In this document: positions 1 to 12,343 of the stretch, one piece after another
How the letters are laid out: every line of letters begins with the position of its first letter
How positions within the stretch are numbered: position 1 is the stretch's first letter
Assembly (NCBI GenBank): GCA_037443725.1
Contig: JBBINU010000006.1
Coordinates: forward strand, 73,748 to 137,747
Origin: Actinomycetota bacterium
Lineage (GTDB): Bacteria; Actinomycetota; JBBINU01
Length of the DNA stretch: 64,000 nt
Direction: 5' to 3'
Notes under the pieces: model-generated
Database searches by the model: none
The model's input: the letters and a program-made list of their open reading frames with translations, nothing else
What the model was told of the DNA's origin: nothing
Position numbers and translations under genes: made by a program

Positions 1-1239
<1,239 letters not shown>

Positions 1240-1243
1240 CCCC

Positions 1244-1555
1244 TCACCACCTGAAAAGATCGGCCTCCTCGAAACTGGCCGTCTCCCTGGTCCTGAACAG
1301 GAGGATGACTATGGCCAGACCCACACCGACCTCGGCGGCGGCCACGGCCACCACGAAGAGGGCGAACACCTGTCCAGCCAGGAGGCTGTCTCGCAGATAC
1401 GCCCAGAAGCTCACCAGGTTCAGGTTCACCGCGTTCAGCATGAGTTCCACTCCCATGAGGACCAGGACCCCGTTTCTCCTCGCCACTACGGCATAGGCCC
1501 CCAGGGCGAACAGGGCAGCCGCGAGCACCAGGGGAAAGTGGAGGGGGAGACTCAC
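1244..1555 (-). CDS. nuoK: NADH-quinone oxidoreductase subunit K
   Basis: GVELMLNAVNLN and AAEVGVGLAI motifs. The GTG start overlaps the nuoJ stop (GTGA). Confidence 0.93.
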   Translation of the reverse strand: MSLPLHFPLVLAAALFALGAYAVVARRNGVLVLMGVELMLNAVNLNLVSFWAYLRDSLLAGQVFALFVVAVAAAEVGVGLAIVILLFRTRETASFEEADLFRW

Positions 1556-2043
1556 TGCTCCCTCCTGGCCAGAAGAATCGCACCGACCAGGGCCGCAAGA
1601 AGGAGAAGGGAGACAAGCTCGAAGGGAAGGACGTACCGGGGGTTGAAGATCCCGAGCCCCGTGCCGGTCAGGGCGGAACCCTCCAGGGATATCCGGGCCC
1701 CGGGGAAGGCCCTGGCAGCGATGAAGGAGAGGAGGAGAAGTAGGACGAGGGAGACGCCTGCCCCGAGCCACCACTCCCCCGTCTCGAGCCTCTGCCTCCC
1801 GATGGGAGCCCGGGTCACCATGAGGCCGAAGAGGATGAGAACGACGATGGCGCCCACGTACACGAGCACCTGAACCCACCCGAGGAAGCCGGCGCCGAGC
1901 AGAAGGTAGAGGGCGGCCACGCCGAGGAGCGCTCCGACCAGCCAGAGGGCGGCCCTGACAACGTTGGTAGCCGTCACCACGAAAAAGGCGGAGACAAGGA
2001 CAGCGGCCCCGAAGAGGAAGAAGAACACCTCGCCGGGGTTCAT
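1552..2043 (-). CDS. nuoJ: NADH-quinone oxidoreductase subunit J
   Basis: [15 protein letters not shown] and [13 protein letters not shown] motifs. ATG at 2043 overlaps the nuoI stop. Confidence 0.92.
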   Translation of the reverse strand: MNPGEVFFFLFGAAVLVSAFFVVTATNVVRAALWLVGALLGVAALYLLLGAGFLGWVQVLVYVGAIVVLILFGLMVTRAPIGRQRLETGEWWLGAGVSLVLLLLLSFIAARAFPGARISLEGSALTGTGLGIFNPRYVLPFELVSLLLLAALVGAILLARREQ

Positions 2044-2852
2044 TCTCCCCTCCCCTCCTTCTGCTTCCTCATCCACGCGCTCTTCGCCTTGGCCCTGGCG
2101 ACCCTCTCGGGAGTTCCCTTGGCTATTTCCGCCTGGTAGACCTCCTCGTCCATACCGACCTCCCGGTGCTCCCGCGCCCCCTCGGCGGCCTTAGGCTCGC
2201 CGGGCGCTTCCTCCGGTACGGTCCTGACGGGAGGGACGGCCTCCGGCGCTCTTCCCGCTCCCGAGGCGGCCTCCCGAACCCCCGCCTCGTCGGTTGGCCC
2301 AGAAGGTCCCCGACGGGCCGGCTCCTCCGTCCGCGCCGGGCTCCGGGCAGGCCTCGCCCCGGCCTCAAGCTCTTTGGGCTGCTCAGCCCCGTCCTCCAGG
2401 GGGTCGGGAGGAGGGACATAGGCCATCCAACGCCCGAGGGTCTCCTTCTCATGAAGGAGCTGCTTCACCTCGTAGGTGGAGTACTCGAAGTAAGGCGCCC
2501 AGAAGAGGGCGTCAAAGGGGCAGGCCTCCACACACAAACCGCAGTACATGCAGAGGGCAAAGTCGATAGCGAACCTATCCAGGACGTTTCTCGTCCTCGG
2601 CCTCGCCCCGGGTTCCTTTGGCGGGACCACCTCCTTGTGGCTCTCGATGTAGATGCACCAGTCCGGGCAGGCGCGGGCGCAGGCCATGCAGACCGTGCAG
2701 TTCTCCTCCTTAAGAGCGATGACCCCTCGAGAGCGGGCGGGCAGGGACGGCTTCTCGTCGGGATACTCCTGGGTCACCGAGGGACGAAGGAACGTCCTTA
2801 GAGTCACACCCAGCCCTTTGAGCAGCCCCGAACCCGGCACCCGCAGACCCAT
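2040..2852 (-). CDS. nuoI: NADH-quinone oxidoreductase subunit I with long C-terminal extension
   Basis: Two 4Fe-4S motifs ([24 protein letters not shown]), then a Pro/Ala/Glu-rich linker and a terminal charged module. Confidence 0.93.
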   Translation of the reverse strand: MGLRVPGSGLLKGLGVTLRTFLRPSVTQEYPDEKPSLPARSRGVIALKEENCTVCMACARACPDWCIYIESHKEVVPPKEPGARPRTRNVLDRFAIDFALCMYCGLCVEACPFDALFWAPYFEYSTYEVKQLLHEKETLGRWMAYVPPPDPLEDGAEQPKELEAGARPARSPARTEEPARRGPSGPTDEAGVREAASGAGRAPEAVPPVRTVPEEAPGEPKAAEGAREHREVGMDEEVYQAEIAKGTPERVARAKAKSAWMRKQKEGRGE

Positions 2853-2860
2853 CCCGCCTC

Positions 2861-3841
2861 CTAGAACAGAAGCTTGAAGGCGGCCGTTCCCATCAGGTTC
2901 GCAAGGGAGAGGGGAACCAGCCAGGCCCAGGCCATCTTCTGGAGCTGGTCCTCACGGATCCTAGGGTAGGTGGCCCGGAACCAGATCATGATGAAGGTGA
3001 GGGCCCCCGCCTTGACGAGAGTCCAGAGGACCCCGGGGAACCCCGGCCCCCGCCACCCACCAAGGAAGAGCACGGCCCCAAGGGCCGCAAGCCCGAACAT
3101 CCCGGCATACTCAGCAAGGAGGAAAAGGACATAGCGCATACCCGTGTACTCGGTGTAGGCGCCGGCGATTATCTCCGAGTCCGCTATGGGCATGTCCAGG
3201 GGAGTTCGCGAGAGCTCAGCCATGGAGGCCATGAGGAAGATGAAGAAGCCGAGCTCCTGGCCGGCAAGGATGAAGGGGAGGCGCTGCGCCTCAACGATTC
3301 CCTCAAGAGAGGCGCTCCCTGCCTGGAGCGCCACGGCCGCCGCCGCCAGGACCAGGGGGAGCTCGTAGGCTATGAGCTGGGCGGCGGACCTCAGGGCACC
3401 TATCAGCGAGAACTTGTTCGCACTCGCCCACCCCGCCATTAGGACCCCCACCACGGAGATGGCAGAGATGGCGAGGGCGTAGAAAAGGGAGACGTCGCTA
3501 GAGAACCCGGCCAGCCCCTTGCCCCAGGGGATCACAGCGTAGAGCATGATGCCGGGGACCACTACCATCACCGGGGCCAGGGAAAAGACCCACTTGTCAG
3601 CGGCCCTTGGAATCACATCCTCCTTCTGGAGGAACTTGAGGCCGTCGGCTATGAGCTGAGCCCAGCCATGGAACCGTCCCGCGTACATGGGGCCGAGCCT
3701 GGCCTGCATGTGAGCGAGGACCTTGTGTTCGGCATATCCGACCACGAGGGTTGCGACCAAGTAGAGGCCGAGGATGGCAATGAGCTTGAGGAGGAGGATC
3801 CCCCAGGCAGACCTGGCCAGGACTACTACCCCCTCCATCAC
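2861..3841 (-). CDS. nuoH: NADH-quinone oxidoreductase subunit H
   Basis: [25 protein letters not shown] and AGAYTEYTG motifs; polytopic membrane protein. Confidence 0.93.
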   Translation of the reverse strand: MMEGVVVLARSAWGILLLKLIAILGLYLVATLVVGYAEHKVLAHMQARLGPMYAGRFHGWAQLIADGLKFLQKEDVIPRAADKWVFSLAPVMVVVPGIMLYAVIPWGKGLAGFSSDVSLFYALAISAISVVGVLMAGWASANKFSLIGALRSAAQLIAYELPLVLAAAAVALQAGSASLEGIVEAQRLPFILAGQELGFFIFLMASMAELSRTPLDMPIADSEIIAGAYTEYTGMRYVLFLLAEYAGMFGLAALGAVLFLGGWRGPGFPGVLWTLVKAGALTFIMIWFRATYPRIREDQLQKMAWAWLVPLSLANLMGTAAFKLLF

Positions 3842-5019
3842 CGGTCCACGTCCCCCACGACGAAGAAGATGCTTCCCATGATGGCCACGAGGTCAGGGAT
3901 GAGGGCCCCTTTAAGAATGGCGGGAAGGATGCTCACGTTGGAGAAGCTCGCCGTGCGCATCTTCAGCCTCCAGGGTTGCTGCCCTCCCCTGGAGACCAGG
4001 TAGTACCCCAGCTGGCCCAGAGGGTTCTCGGTCCGCACGTAAATCTCACCCTCGGGCGCCTTGATGGTCTTGGGCACCCTGGCCCGCACCGGTCCCGACG
4101 GCAGTCCCTCATGAACCTGTTCGATGATGCGGAGGGACTGCCTCACCCTCTCCAGCAGAACCCAGAACCGCTCCCACGCATCGCCCGTCTTACCCACAGG
4201 GACATCGAACTCGAGCTTCTCGTAAACGAGGTAGGGCGAGGTCTTCCTGGCGTCCTCGGGGACCCCCGAGGCCTGGAGGATGGGGCCCGTCACGCCGTAT
4301 TCCTTGGCGAGCTCGGGAGGAATCACCCCTATCCCCCTCGTTCTCGCCTGGAAGATCTCGCTGCCAAGGAGGAGGTCCTCGTAGTCGGCGAGGCGGGAGC
4401 GGACGAGCCGAAGGGCCTGCTCGCTCTTTTTCATGAACCCTTTGGGCAGGTCCTCCTTGAGCCCGCCCACCCGATTGAAGTGGACGTGAAGCCTTCCGCC
4501 CGTGGCCATCTCAAAGAACTCCTGGATTACCTCGCGCTCGCGGAAGGCGTAGAAGATGGGGGTCATGGCTCCCAGCTCCAGCCCGAAGGAGCCGATGAAA
4601 ACAAGGTGATTGAGGACCCGGTTCCACTCGGCCAGGAGGACCCGGAGCCACTGGGCCCTCTCCGGCACCTCCAGCCCCATGAGGCGCTCCACGGCCATGG
4701 CCACGCCGATCTCGTTGCAGAAGGCGGAGAGCCAGTCGTGCCGGTTCACCAGGACGATGATCTGGTGGTAGTCACGGACCTCAGCCAGCTTCTCGAAACC
4801 CCGGTGCATGTACCCGATGACGGGCTCGGCCTCGACTATCCTCTCCCCATCCAGGGTTATCACCACCCGGAGCACCCCGTGGGTGGAGGGGTGCTGGGGC
4901 CCGATGTTCAGCACCATCTCCTCGGTGGCGAGGTCGCCCCGGAGGACCACCTCAACGCCCTCTCCGGGGCCACCCGGCAGCCTCTGGATGGTCCCCTCTG
5001 TCACCTCCCTGCCCCTCAC
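3838..5019 (-). CDS. nuoD: NADH-quinone oxidoreductase subunit D
   Basis: [24 protein letters not shown] and C-terminal GDVDR. Confidence 0.95.
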   Translation of the reverse strand: MRGREVTEGTIQRLPGGPGEGVEVVLRGDLATEEMVLNIGPQHPSTHGVLRVVITLDGERIVEAEPVIGYMHRGFEKLAEVRDYHQIIVLVNRHDWLSAFCNEIGVAMAVERLMGLEVPERAQWLRVLLAEWNRVLNHLVFIGSFGLELGAMTPIFYAFREREVIQEFFEMATGGRLHVHFNRVGGLKEDLPKGFMKKSEQALRLVRSRLADYEDLLLGSEIFQARTRGIGVIPPELAKEYGVTGPILQASGVPEDARKTSPYLVYEKLEFDVPVGKTGDAWERFWVLLERVRQSLRIIEQVHEGLPSGPVRARVPKTIKAPEGEIYVRTENPLGQLGYYLVSRGGQQPWRLKMRTASFSNVSILPAILKGALIPDLVAIMGSIFFVVGDVDR

Positions 5020-5519
5020 TCGTGGCCTCCAGGCTCCTTCGCACCGGGCCAGGGCTTGGCCTCCCTGGCCATAAGCACGAAGTCCTTCCTCAGGGGATGC
5101 CCCTCGAACTCCTCAGGGAGGAGGAGCTTGGCGAGGTTCGGGTGTCCCTCGAAGGTTATCCCGAACATTTCCGCCGTCTCCCTCTCGTGCCAGTTGGCCC
5201 CCGCCCACACGGGGGTGAGGGATGGAGCCCTCGGATCCTCCCTAGGCAGCAGGGCCTTCAGGCGCAACCTGTGGCCGAGGCTCAAGGAGGCGATCTCCAC
5301 CACCAGCTCGAAACCCGCCTCCTCCCTGTCAACGGCGGTGGCGAAGTCAAAGAAGTCGAAAGCGAGGTCGGGGGTCTCCTTGAGAAAAGTGGCGACCTCC
5401 CGGAGGGCACCGGGGAGGACCCTCACCACCGCCTCCCCGAAGTTCTCCTCCCATCCCAGGACAGCCTCGCCGAAGCGGTCCTGGAGCCTCGCGGCCAGCT
5501 CGTCAGGCGCGAGTCCCAC
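5016..5519 (-). CDS. nuoC: NADH-quinone oxidoreductase subunit C
   Basis: [20 protein letters not shown] and GHPLRKDF motifs. Confidence 0.94.
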   Translation of the reverse strand: MGLAPDELAARLQDRFGEAVLGWEENFGEAVVRVLPGALREVATFLKETPDLAFDFFDFATAVDREEAGFELVVEIASLSLGHRLRLKALLPREDPRAPSLTPVWAGANWHERETAEMFGITFEGHPNLAKLLLPEEFEGHPLRKDFVLMAREAKPWPGAKEPGGHE

Positions 5520-5991
5520 TGTACCTCTTGGCTAGAGATTCCGTCTCGATCTTCTTCTGAAGCTTGAGGATGCCCTCGAGGAGCGCCTCGGGTCTCGGAG
5601 GGCATCCGGGGACATAGACATCCACGGGAATGATCTGGTCCACTCCCTTGGTCACCGAGTACGAGTCCCAGTACGGGCCACCGCAGTTGGCGCAGGAGCC
5701 GAAGGATATGACGTACTTGGGCTCGGGTATCTGGTCATACACACGCTTAAGAGCCGGGGCCATCTTGTCCGTAAGGGTTCCGGCCACGATGAGGAAGTCC
5801 GCCTGGCGGGGGCCGTGGGCAAAGGGAATCACCCCCAGCCTTATGAAGTCGTGCCTGGAGGTGGAGGTGGCTATGAGCTCGATGGCGCAGCAGGCGAGCC
5901 CGAAGTTCATGACCCAGAGGGAGTACTTCCGGCCCCAGTTCAGGAGGAACCTGATGGGCTGTGGAAAGTCCAACCTTTCCACTAGACCCAC
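5503..5991 (-). CDS. nuoB: NADH-quinone oxidoreductase subunit B
   Basis: [12 protein letters not shown] and [10 protein letters not shown] (cluster N2 ligands). GTG start at 5991 overlaps the nuoA end. Confidence 0.94.
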   Translation of the reverse strand: MGLVERLDFPQPIRFLLNWGRKYSLWVMNFGLACCAIELIATSTSRHDFIRLGVIPFAHGPRQADFLIVAGTLTDKMAPALKRVYDQIPEPKYVISFGSCANCGGPYWDSYSVTKGVDQIIPVDVYVPGCPPRPEALLEGILKLQKKIETESLAKRYSGTRA

Positions 5992-6347
5992 CTGAGCACC
6001 CCCTTCCGCCAGGCGTAGAGGATGCCGAGGGCGAGGACCAGAACAAAGATGCCCATTGACACCAACCCGTACACGCCAAGCCTGTCGTACACCACGGCCC
6101 AGGGGAAGATGAATATGCTCTCCACATCGAAGGCGACGAAGAGGAAGGCATAGAGATAGTAGCGGACGTGGGTTTGGCTCCACCCAGTCCCCACGGGGTC
6201 CATGCCGCACTCGTAGGTGGTGAGCTTCATTGCATAAGGGCGGGAGGGCCGGAGAAGGCGGTTCAGCAGGAGAGCGGCGGCCACGAAACCCACGGCCGCT
6301 ACAGAGAAGGCGAGGATAGTTCCGTTGGTCTCAAAATACCCGGGCAC
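5982..6347 (-). CDS. nuoA: NADH-quinone oxidoreductase subunit A
   Basis: YECG, FDVES and [10 protein letters not shown] motifs. Confidence 0.93.
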   Translation of the reverse strand: MPGYFETNGTILAFSVAAVGFVAAALLLNRLLRPSRPYAMKLTTYECGMDPVGTGWSQTHVRYYLYAFLFVAFDVESIFIFPWAVVYDRLGVYGLVSMGIFVLVLALGILYAWRKGVLRWV

Positions 6348-6474
6348 GCTTCCTCTCCGAACAGGTCTTCTCTAGCCGGACCCGGATTCTAACAGAAGCT
6401 GGGAAGGGGATTAGAAGCCGTTCCATTGTGAACGAGGCGCCTCCCCCCTGAGCCCGGGATCTCAGCCCCGGCGT

Positions 6475-7458
6475 CTAGGCCCCCGCCATCCTCTCCAGCA
6501 CAAACCTGGCCAGACGCGCCAAGACCTCCCGGGCGGGGGAAGCAGGGAGGGAGGCAAGACTCGCCACTGCCCGCTCCGCATATTCCTCGGCCACCCTCAC
6601 CACCTCCCCCATCACCCCCGAGGCCACCACCAATTCCACCACCCTCCGGGCCCCCTCCGGCCCCGGGGGTCCCTCGGCCAGGATCTCCCGGAGCTCGCGG
6701 CCTTGGGGAGTCTGGAGGGCGAGAATGAGGGGGAGCGTGTAGACGCCCTCTCTCACGTCCGAGCCGGGGGGCTTCTTCAGCTCCTCCTCGCTGCCCACCA
6801 TGTCGAGGGCGTCATCGGAGATCTGGAAGGCCATACCGAAGAGCTCCCCGTAGGCCCCCAGGACCCTCCTAACCTCCTCCTCCGCCCGCGCCAGGGAAGC
6901 CCCCAGGAGGCAGGAGGCGGACATGAGGGAGGCCGTCTTCTTCCTTATGGTCTCCAGATACTCCTGGAGGGTACGGGCGGTACTCCCCTTGCTCGCCAGC
7001 TCCCTCACCTGGCCCTCGCAGAGGGTGCTCATGGTCGTGGCAAGAAGGTGCACAGCCTCGGGGCCGAGCTCTGCCGCGAGGGCGGCGGCGCGGGCGAAGA
7101 GAAAATCCCCCGCCATGACGGCCACCGAGTTCCCCCAGAGGGCATTCACGCTCGGCCTGCCTCTCCTGGTGACCCCCTCGTCGATGACGTCGTCGTGACA
7201 GAGGGTGGCCATATGGGTGAGCTCGATGGCGGCCGCCCCCTTGACCAGCGCCTCGCGGTCGGCCTGCCCGAACTGGCCCGCCAGGATGACCAGGGCGGGG
7301 CGGAGCCTCTTCCCTCCCGCCTGGAGCAGATGGTGAGTGACCTGCGATACGAACCCCTCCTCGGATCCGGCTGCCCGCTCAAGGACCTCCTCCACCCTGG
7401 CCAGGAGGCTCACGACCCCCTCGCCGAGACTCTCCCGGACGGTGTCCCAGACGCCCAT
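6475..7458 (-). CDS. Polyprenyl diphosphate synthase (menaquinone side chain)
   Basis: GGKRLRP, first Asp-rich HDDVID, KTA and second Asp-rich FQISDDALD. TAGCAT lies 6 nt upstream of the ATG (leaderless). Confidence 0.92.
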   Translation of the reverse strand: MGVWDTVRESLGEGVVSLLARVEEVLERAAGSEEGFVSQVTHHLLQAGGKRLRPALVILAGQFGQADREALVKGAAAIELTHMATLCHDDVIDEGVTRRGRPSVNALWGNSVAVMAGDFLFARAAALAAELGPEAVHLLATTMSTLCEGQVRELASKGSTARTLQEYLETIRKKTASLMSASCLLGASLARAEEEVRRVLGAYGELFGMAFQISDDALDMVGSEEELKKPPGSDVREGVYTLPLILALQTPQGRELREILAEGPPGPEGARRVVELVVASGVMGEVVRVAEEYAERAVASLASLPASPAREVLARLARFVLERMAGA

Positions 7459-7487
7459 GGCCCCATGCTAACGGCGCCGGCGTCGCC

Positions 7488-8948
7488 TCACATGCCCCCC
7501 GCCGCAAAAAGCGAGGAGGCGGCCGCGATATCCATGAGGCCCCCGGGCATAACCCCCAAGGCCAGGACAAAGAAGGCTGCGAGCCCCAGGGCGACGGCGA
7601 AAAGGCCCGGAACCCCGGGCACCTCAGCCTCCCCCTCTTCGAGGAACAGGGCGACCACCACCCGTATGTAAGCGAAAGCCGCCACAGCACTGGCCAGAAC
7701 GGCCCCGAGCACCAGGGGGGTCTGCCCAGCCGAGAGGGCAGCGCCGAAGACGTAGAACTTGGCCATGAACCCTGACGTTGGAGGTATCCCCGCCAGGGAG
7801 AGGAGGAAGACTGCGAAGGCCCCCCCGAGGACCGGGTTCCTCCTCCCCAGCCCCGCCAGGGAGCGCAGGTCCCACCGCTCCTCCGGGCGGAGGCCAGCCA
7901 AGGCCAGAACACCGAAGGCGCCCACCACGGCCAGGATGTAGACGGAGAGGTAGAAGAGGACCCCCGAGACCCCGAGCCTGGTCCCACCCGACACGCCCAC
8001 AAGAAGGAAACCCGCATGGGCCACGGAGGAGTAGGCCAGCATCCTCTTCACATCGGTCTGGGTGAGGGCGAGGAAGGCGCCCCCGAACATGCTGGCCCAG
8101 GCGGCGACCTCGGCCGCGAGCCTCCAATCCCAGCGGGCAGAGGGAAAGGCCACGTAAAGCAGGCGGAGGAGAGCCGCGAAGGCAGCGACCTTGGTGCCGG
8201 AGGCCATGAACGCGGTGACCGGCGTGGGTGCCCCCTGGTAGACGTCGGGGAGCCAGAACTGGAAGGGTACGGCCCCCACCTTAAAGGCCAGCCCACCCGC
8301 GAGAAGGGCGAGCCCCGCCAGGAGAACCCGCGGGTCCAGCGCTCCCCAGGCTGCCTCGCCCAGCCGGTGCAGGGCGGTGGCGCCGGTCGCCCCGTAGGCC
8401 AAAGCCGCCCCGTACAGGAAGATGGCCGAGCTGAAGGCCCCGAGCACTAGGTACTTAAGCCCCGCCTCCAGGGAGCTGGCCCGGCCCGTCGCGAAGGCAG
8501 CCAGTGCATACAGGCAAAGGGAAAGAACCTCCAGGGAGAGGAAGATGCTGACGAGATCGCTGGCACCGGCAAGGAGAACCATCCCGGCGGTCGCAAAGAG
8601 AACCAGGGCGAAGTACTCGGGCCTGACCAACCCCCTGGCCCTCAAGTAGGCGGGGGCGAAAAGAAGCGAGAGGCCTGCTGCGACCACCACCACCATCCCG
8701 GCAAATCGCCCCAGGGGGTCGAGGGCGAGGGCCCCCGAAAGGACGAGCCCGGTCACTCCCGCCCGCCTCCCGAGGAAGAAACCGGCAGCTCCCAAACCGA
8801 GGAGGGAGAGGAGGAGTTGACTCTCCGGCCTTCTCGACCCGGACCCCGCCAGCAGAACCACCACGCCCGCGGCAACCAGGCTGAGGGCGGGAGCCAGGGC
8901 CATCCAGGCCTCGGGCGTCATGAGGGTTCCGGCAAGCCCCGGCATCAC
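7488..8948 (-). CDS. nuoN: NADH-quinone oxidoreductase subunit N
   Basis: EAGLKYLVLG, FKVGAVPFQFWLPDVYQGAPTP and KRMLAYSSVAH. Confidence 0.94.
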   Translation of the reverse strand: MMPGLAGTLMTPEAWMALAPALSLVAAGVVVLLAGSGSRRPESQLLLSLLGLGAAGFFLGRRAGVTGLVLSGALALDPLGRFAGMVVVVAAGLSLLFAPAYLRARGLVRPEYFALVLFATAGMVLLAGASDLVSIFLSLEVLSLCLYALAAFATGRASSLEAGLKYLVLGAFSSAIFLYGAALAYGATGATALHRLGEAAWGALDPRVLLAGLALLAGGLAFKVGAVPFQFWLPDVYQGAPTPVTAFMASGTKVAAFAALLRLLYVAFPSARWDWRLAAEVAAWASMFGGAFLALTQTDVKRMLAYSSVAHAGFLLVGVSGGTRLGVSGVLFYLSVYILAVVGAFGVLALAGLRPEERWDLRSLAGLGRRNPVLGGAFAVFLLSLAGIPPTSGFMAKFYVFGAALSAGQTPLVLGAVLASAVAAFAYIRVVVALFLEEGEAEVPGVPGLFAVALGLAAFFVLALGVMPGGLMDIAAASSLFAAGGM

Positions 8949-10492
8949 TCACCCGCCTCCAGGCCAAGCCCGATCCCTCCCGCCGGCCCCGCCTCCACCC
9001 GAGCGAGACCGACCCGCTCCCGCACTGTCTCCAGGGAGGGACCGGCTCTGTCCAGCACGAGCCTGGGGAAGAACCCGAGGATCAAGAGGAGAATAAGGAG
9101 AGGGACAACCACCACCCTCTCCCTCAGGCTCGCGTCAGCCAGACCCGCGTCCTCGGGGTGCCTCAGGGGGCCGTGGAACACCCTCTCGTACGCCCAGAGC
9201 ATGTAGACAGCAGCGAGGAGGACCCCGAAGGCAGCCCCCACCGCGAGGGCGGGTTCCACCCGGTAGGTCCCGAGGATCACCAGGACCTCCCCCACAAAGT
9301 TGGCAAGGCCCGGAAGACCGAGAGAGGCGAGGGCGGCCATGAGGAAGAAGCCGGAGAGGACAGGGAGGGCTCCCGCCACACCACCGTAATCGGCGATGAG
9401 CCGGGTGTGCTTTCTCTCGTAAAGCATCCCCACCAGGAAGAAGAGGGTTCCCGTGGCCAGCCCGTGAGCGATGAGGACGAAGTAGGCGCCCTCCAGGGAG
9501 AGAGCAGTGGCGAGGGCCACCCCCAGCACCGAGTAACCCATGTGGGCCACGGAGGAGTAGGCCACCAGGCGCTTGAGGTCCTGCTGCATGGCCGAGACGG
9601 CCCCCCCGTAAAGGATTCCCACGAGCCCCAGAAGGGCCAGGATGGGCCTGAAGGTTCGGGCGGCCTCGGGGAAGAGGGTGAGGTTGAACCGGAGGAGGCC
9701 GTAGACCCCCATCTTCAGCAGGATTCCGGCGAGGAGCACGCTCCCGGCCGTGGGTGCCTCCGTGTGGGCGTCGGGCAGCCAGGTGTGGAGCGGGAAGATG
9801 GGCACCTTTATGGCGAAGGCGGCGAGGAAGGCGGCGAAGAGCCAGAGTTGGGCCGCGCGGGCGGGAGTGAAGGAGAGAAGCTCTCGCAGGTCGAAGGTCC
9901 CGACTCCGGTGGCCTTTAGATGCAGGAAGTACAGGGCGATGATGCCCACCAGCATGATGACTCCTCCGAGCAGCGTGTACAGAAAGAACTTGACCGCGGC
10001 GTAGATCCTCCTTTCGTACCCCCAGGCCCCTATCAGGAAGTACATGGGGAAAAGCATCCCCTCCCAGAAGACGTAAAAGAGGAGGAGGTCGAGGGCGAGA
10101 AAGACCCCGAGCATCCCGGCCTCAAGCACCAGCATCACGAGGCAGAAGCCCTTGGCGTTCTTGATCCCCCATGACCCGAGGATGCCGAGGGGGACGAGGA
10201 TAGCGGTGAGGACCACCAGGGGCAAGGAGATGCCGTCAACCCCAACCACGTACCGGGCACCCCAGAGCCCCACCCAGCGGGCCTCCTCCACCATCTGAAA
10301 ACCCTGCCCGGGCCGGAACCGGGCCCAGAGAGTCAGGGCCAGAACCAGCTCCACCAGGGAGATGAAAAGGCTCGCCGCCTTCGCTTTCCGGCCCCCTCTC
10401 TCCTCCTCCGCGGGGAGAACCGCGACTATGAGGGCCCCCAGGAGGGGGAGGAAGATGAGGAGGGATAGGAGCCCAAGCCTCAAAGGGACCAC
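8945..10492 (-). CDS. nuoM: NADH-quinone oxidoreductase subunit M
   Basis: FYVFWE, KVPIFPLHTWLPDAHTEAPTAGS and KRLVAYSSVAH. Confidence 0.94.
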   Translation of the reverse strand: MVPLRLGLLSLLIFLPLLGALIVAVLPAEEERGGRKAKAASLFISLVELVLALTLWARFRPGQGFQMVEEARWVGLWGARYVVGVDGISLPLVVLTAILVPLGILGSWGIKNAKGFCLVMLVLEAGMLGVFLALDLLLFYVFWEGMLFPMYFLIGAWGYERRIYAAVKFFLYTLLGGVIMLVGIIALYFLHLKATGVGTFDLRELLSFTPARAAQLWLFAAFLAAFAIKVPIFPLHTWLPDAHTEAPTAGSVLLAGILLKMGVYGLLRFNLTLFPEAARTFRPILALLGLVGILYGGAVSAMQQDLKRLVAYSSVAHMGYSVLGVALATALSLEGAYFVLIAHGLATGTLFFLVGMLYERKHTRLIADYGGVAGALPVLSGFFLMAALASLGLPGLANFVGEVLVILGTYRVEPALAVGAAFGVLLAAVYMLWAYERVFHGPLRHPEDAGLADASLRERVVVVPLLILLLILGFFPRLVLDRAGPSLETVRERVGLARVEAGPAGGIGLGLEAGE

Positions 10493-12342
10493 CCCCGGGA
10501 GAGGAAGAGGGCGAGAAGGCCAAGGAACCCCGCGGCGAGACCTAGAGCGTAGTTCCGCAGGGAGCCGGTCTGGACCCTCCTCACCAACCTGGATACGCTC
10601 ACGGCGGCGGATCCAACCCCATTCACCGCACCGTCCACCACCCTCAGGTCGAAGCCGAAGGCAAGGACGGCCGCGGCCAGCTTGGAGGGAAGCACGACCA
10701 GGTTACCGTAGAGCTCGTCGAAGTAGAAGCGGGAAGCCGGAGCCCGGTAAAGGAGTCCGAGCCTCTCCCGCAGGCCGACCCAGTCGACACGGCCCGAGGC
10801 GTAGACCACCCAGGCTAGGAAGATCCCCACCACCGCCGCCACCACCGGCAGGATGGCCGGCAAGCCGATCTCCTCGGCGCGGGCCTCCCCGAGGAGAGGG
10901 GCGAGAAAGCCCTGAAGCAGGCCCCTCCCGCCCCAGCCGAGGGCTCCCCCCACCACCGCTCCGGCGCCGAGCAGAGAGAGGGGAACAACCATTACGGGAG
11001 GGGACTCATGGGGATGACCGCTTCCCCTCGGCCTCCCGAGGAAGGTGAGGAAGAAGAGCCGGGAGGAGTAGTACGCGGTGACGAGCGCCGTGGCCACTCC
11101 TACGGCCCAGAGGAACCCCCTACCCTCGGCCAGGGCCGAGGCAAGGATCGCGTCCTTGCTCACGAAGCCCGAGAAAGGAGGCACGCCTGCCAGGGCCAGC
11201 CATCCCGCTCCGAAGGCGAGGGCGGTCAGCCTCATCCGCGGGAGCACCCCCCCCAGCCGGTCCAGGTCGGTCTCCCCGCCGGTGCCGTGCATAACGCTCC
11301 CCACCCCGAGAAAGAGGGTGGCCTTGAAGAGAGCGTGGGTCACCAGGTGAAAGATGGCCTGGGAGTAGGCCCCCACCCCCGCCCCTAGGAACATGTACCC
11401 GAGCTGGCTCACGGTGGAATAGGCCAGGACCCTCTTCATGTCCCTCTGAGCACACGCCTGGACCGCAGCGAAGATGGCGGTCCAGGCTCCCACCGCCGCC
11501 ACCACCGGCAGGGCCGCCAGGGCTCGCTCGAAGATCGGATGGGCCCTCACCACCAGATACACTCCCGCCGTCACCATGGTGGCCGCGTGGATCAGGGCGG
11601 AGACCGGCGTCGGACCCTCCATGGCGTCGGGAAGCCAGACGTGTAGCGGGAACTGAGCGGACTTCCCAACCGCCCCCGCAAAAAGGAGAAAGGCGATGAG
11701 GCTCGCCTGGAAGGGACTGAGCTCCCGCGCCCCCTCCAGCACCTCGCCGTAGGACAGGCTCCCGAGGAAAGCGAAGATGGCTGCGACTCCGAGGGCGAAC
11801 CCAACGTCCCCAAGGCGCGTCACGACGAAGGCTTTCTTGGCTGCGGCTGCGGCCGCCGGCCGCTCGAACCAGAACCCGATAAGGAGGTAGGAGCAGAGTC
11901 CCACGCCCTCCCAGCCGAGGTAGAGGAGGAGGAAGTTGTCCGCGAGGACCAAAGTGAGCATGGCCGCCACGAAGAGGTTGAGGAAGGCGAAGTAGCGAGG
12001 GTAGCGAGGATCGCCGTGCATGTACCCGATGGAGTAGACGTGGATGAGGAACCCCACCACGGAGACCGTGGCCGCCATTACGGCCGAGAGCTGGTCCAGA
12101 CGGAGGGCGAGATCCACCCGGAAGTCCCCGGCCACCACCCATGAGGCGAGCCTCTCCAGGGCGGTGCCGCGGGATGGGAACCAGATCAGCAGGAGAAGAG
12201 AGACGGCGGCCGAGAGGCCCACCGCAAGGGAGGCGAGATGCCCCGCGTATCTCCTCGGCCTACCCCCGCTCGCCAGCAGCCAGAGGGCGACAGCCAGAGG
12301 AAAGCCAGGCACGAGCCAGAGGGGAAGGGTTCCGCCTCTCAC
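10480..12342 (-). CDS. nuoL: NADH-quinone oxidoreductase subunit L
   Basis: WEGVGLCSYLLIGFW and KSAQFPLHVWLPDAMEGPTPVSALIHAATMV. Start placed at the GTG just after the nuoK stop. Confidence 0.94.
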   Translation of the reverse strand: MRGGTLPLWLVPGFPLAVALWLLASGGRPRRYAGHLASLAVGLSAAVSLLLLIWFPSRGTALERLASWVVAGDFRVDLALRLDQLSAVMAATVSVVGFLIHVYSIGYMHGDPRYPRYFAFLNLFVAAMLTLVLADNFLLLYLGWEGVGLCSYLLIGFWFERPAAAAAAKKAFVVTRLGDVGFALGVAAIFAFLGSLSYGEVLEGARELSPFQASLIAFLLFAGAVGKSAQFPLHVWLPDAMEGPTPVSALIHAATMVTAGVYLVVRAHPIFERALAALPVVAAVGAWTAIFAAVQACAQRDMKRVLAYSTVSQLGYMFLGAGVGAYSQAIFHLVTHALFKATLFLGVGSVMHGTGGETDLDRLGGVLPRMRLTALAFGAGWLALAGVPPFSGFVSKDAILASALAEGRGFLWAVGVATALVTAYYSSRLFFLTFLGRPRGSGHPHESPPVMVVPLSLLGAGAVVGGALGWGGRGLLQGFLAPLLGEARAEEIGLPAILPVVAAVVGIFLAWVVYASGRVDWVGLRERLGLLYRAPASRFYFDELYGNLVVLPSKLAAAVLAFGFDLRVVDGAVNGVGSAAVSVSRLVRRVQTGSLRNYALGLAAGFLGLLALFLSRGWSL

Positions 12343-12343
12343 C

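Noticed and set aside
3976-5535. 519-aa plus-strand ORF and other long antisense ORFs (31394-33109, 32784-34454, 21845-22963, 6703-7671)
   Set aside because: They are shadows of well-supported opposite-strand genes in high-GC DNA and contain no recognisable motifs.
6445-6463. CTGAG...CTCAG hairpin after the prenyl synthase gene
   Set aside because: The stem is short and has no U-tract, which is not enough to call a terminator.
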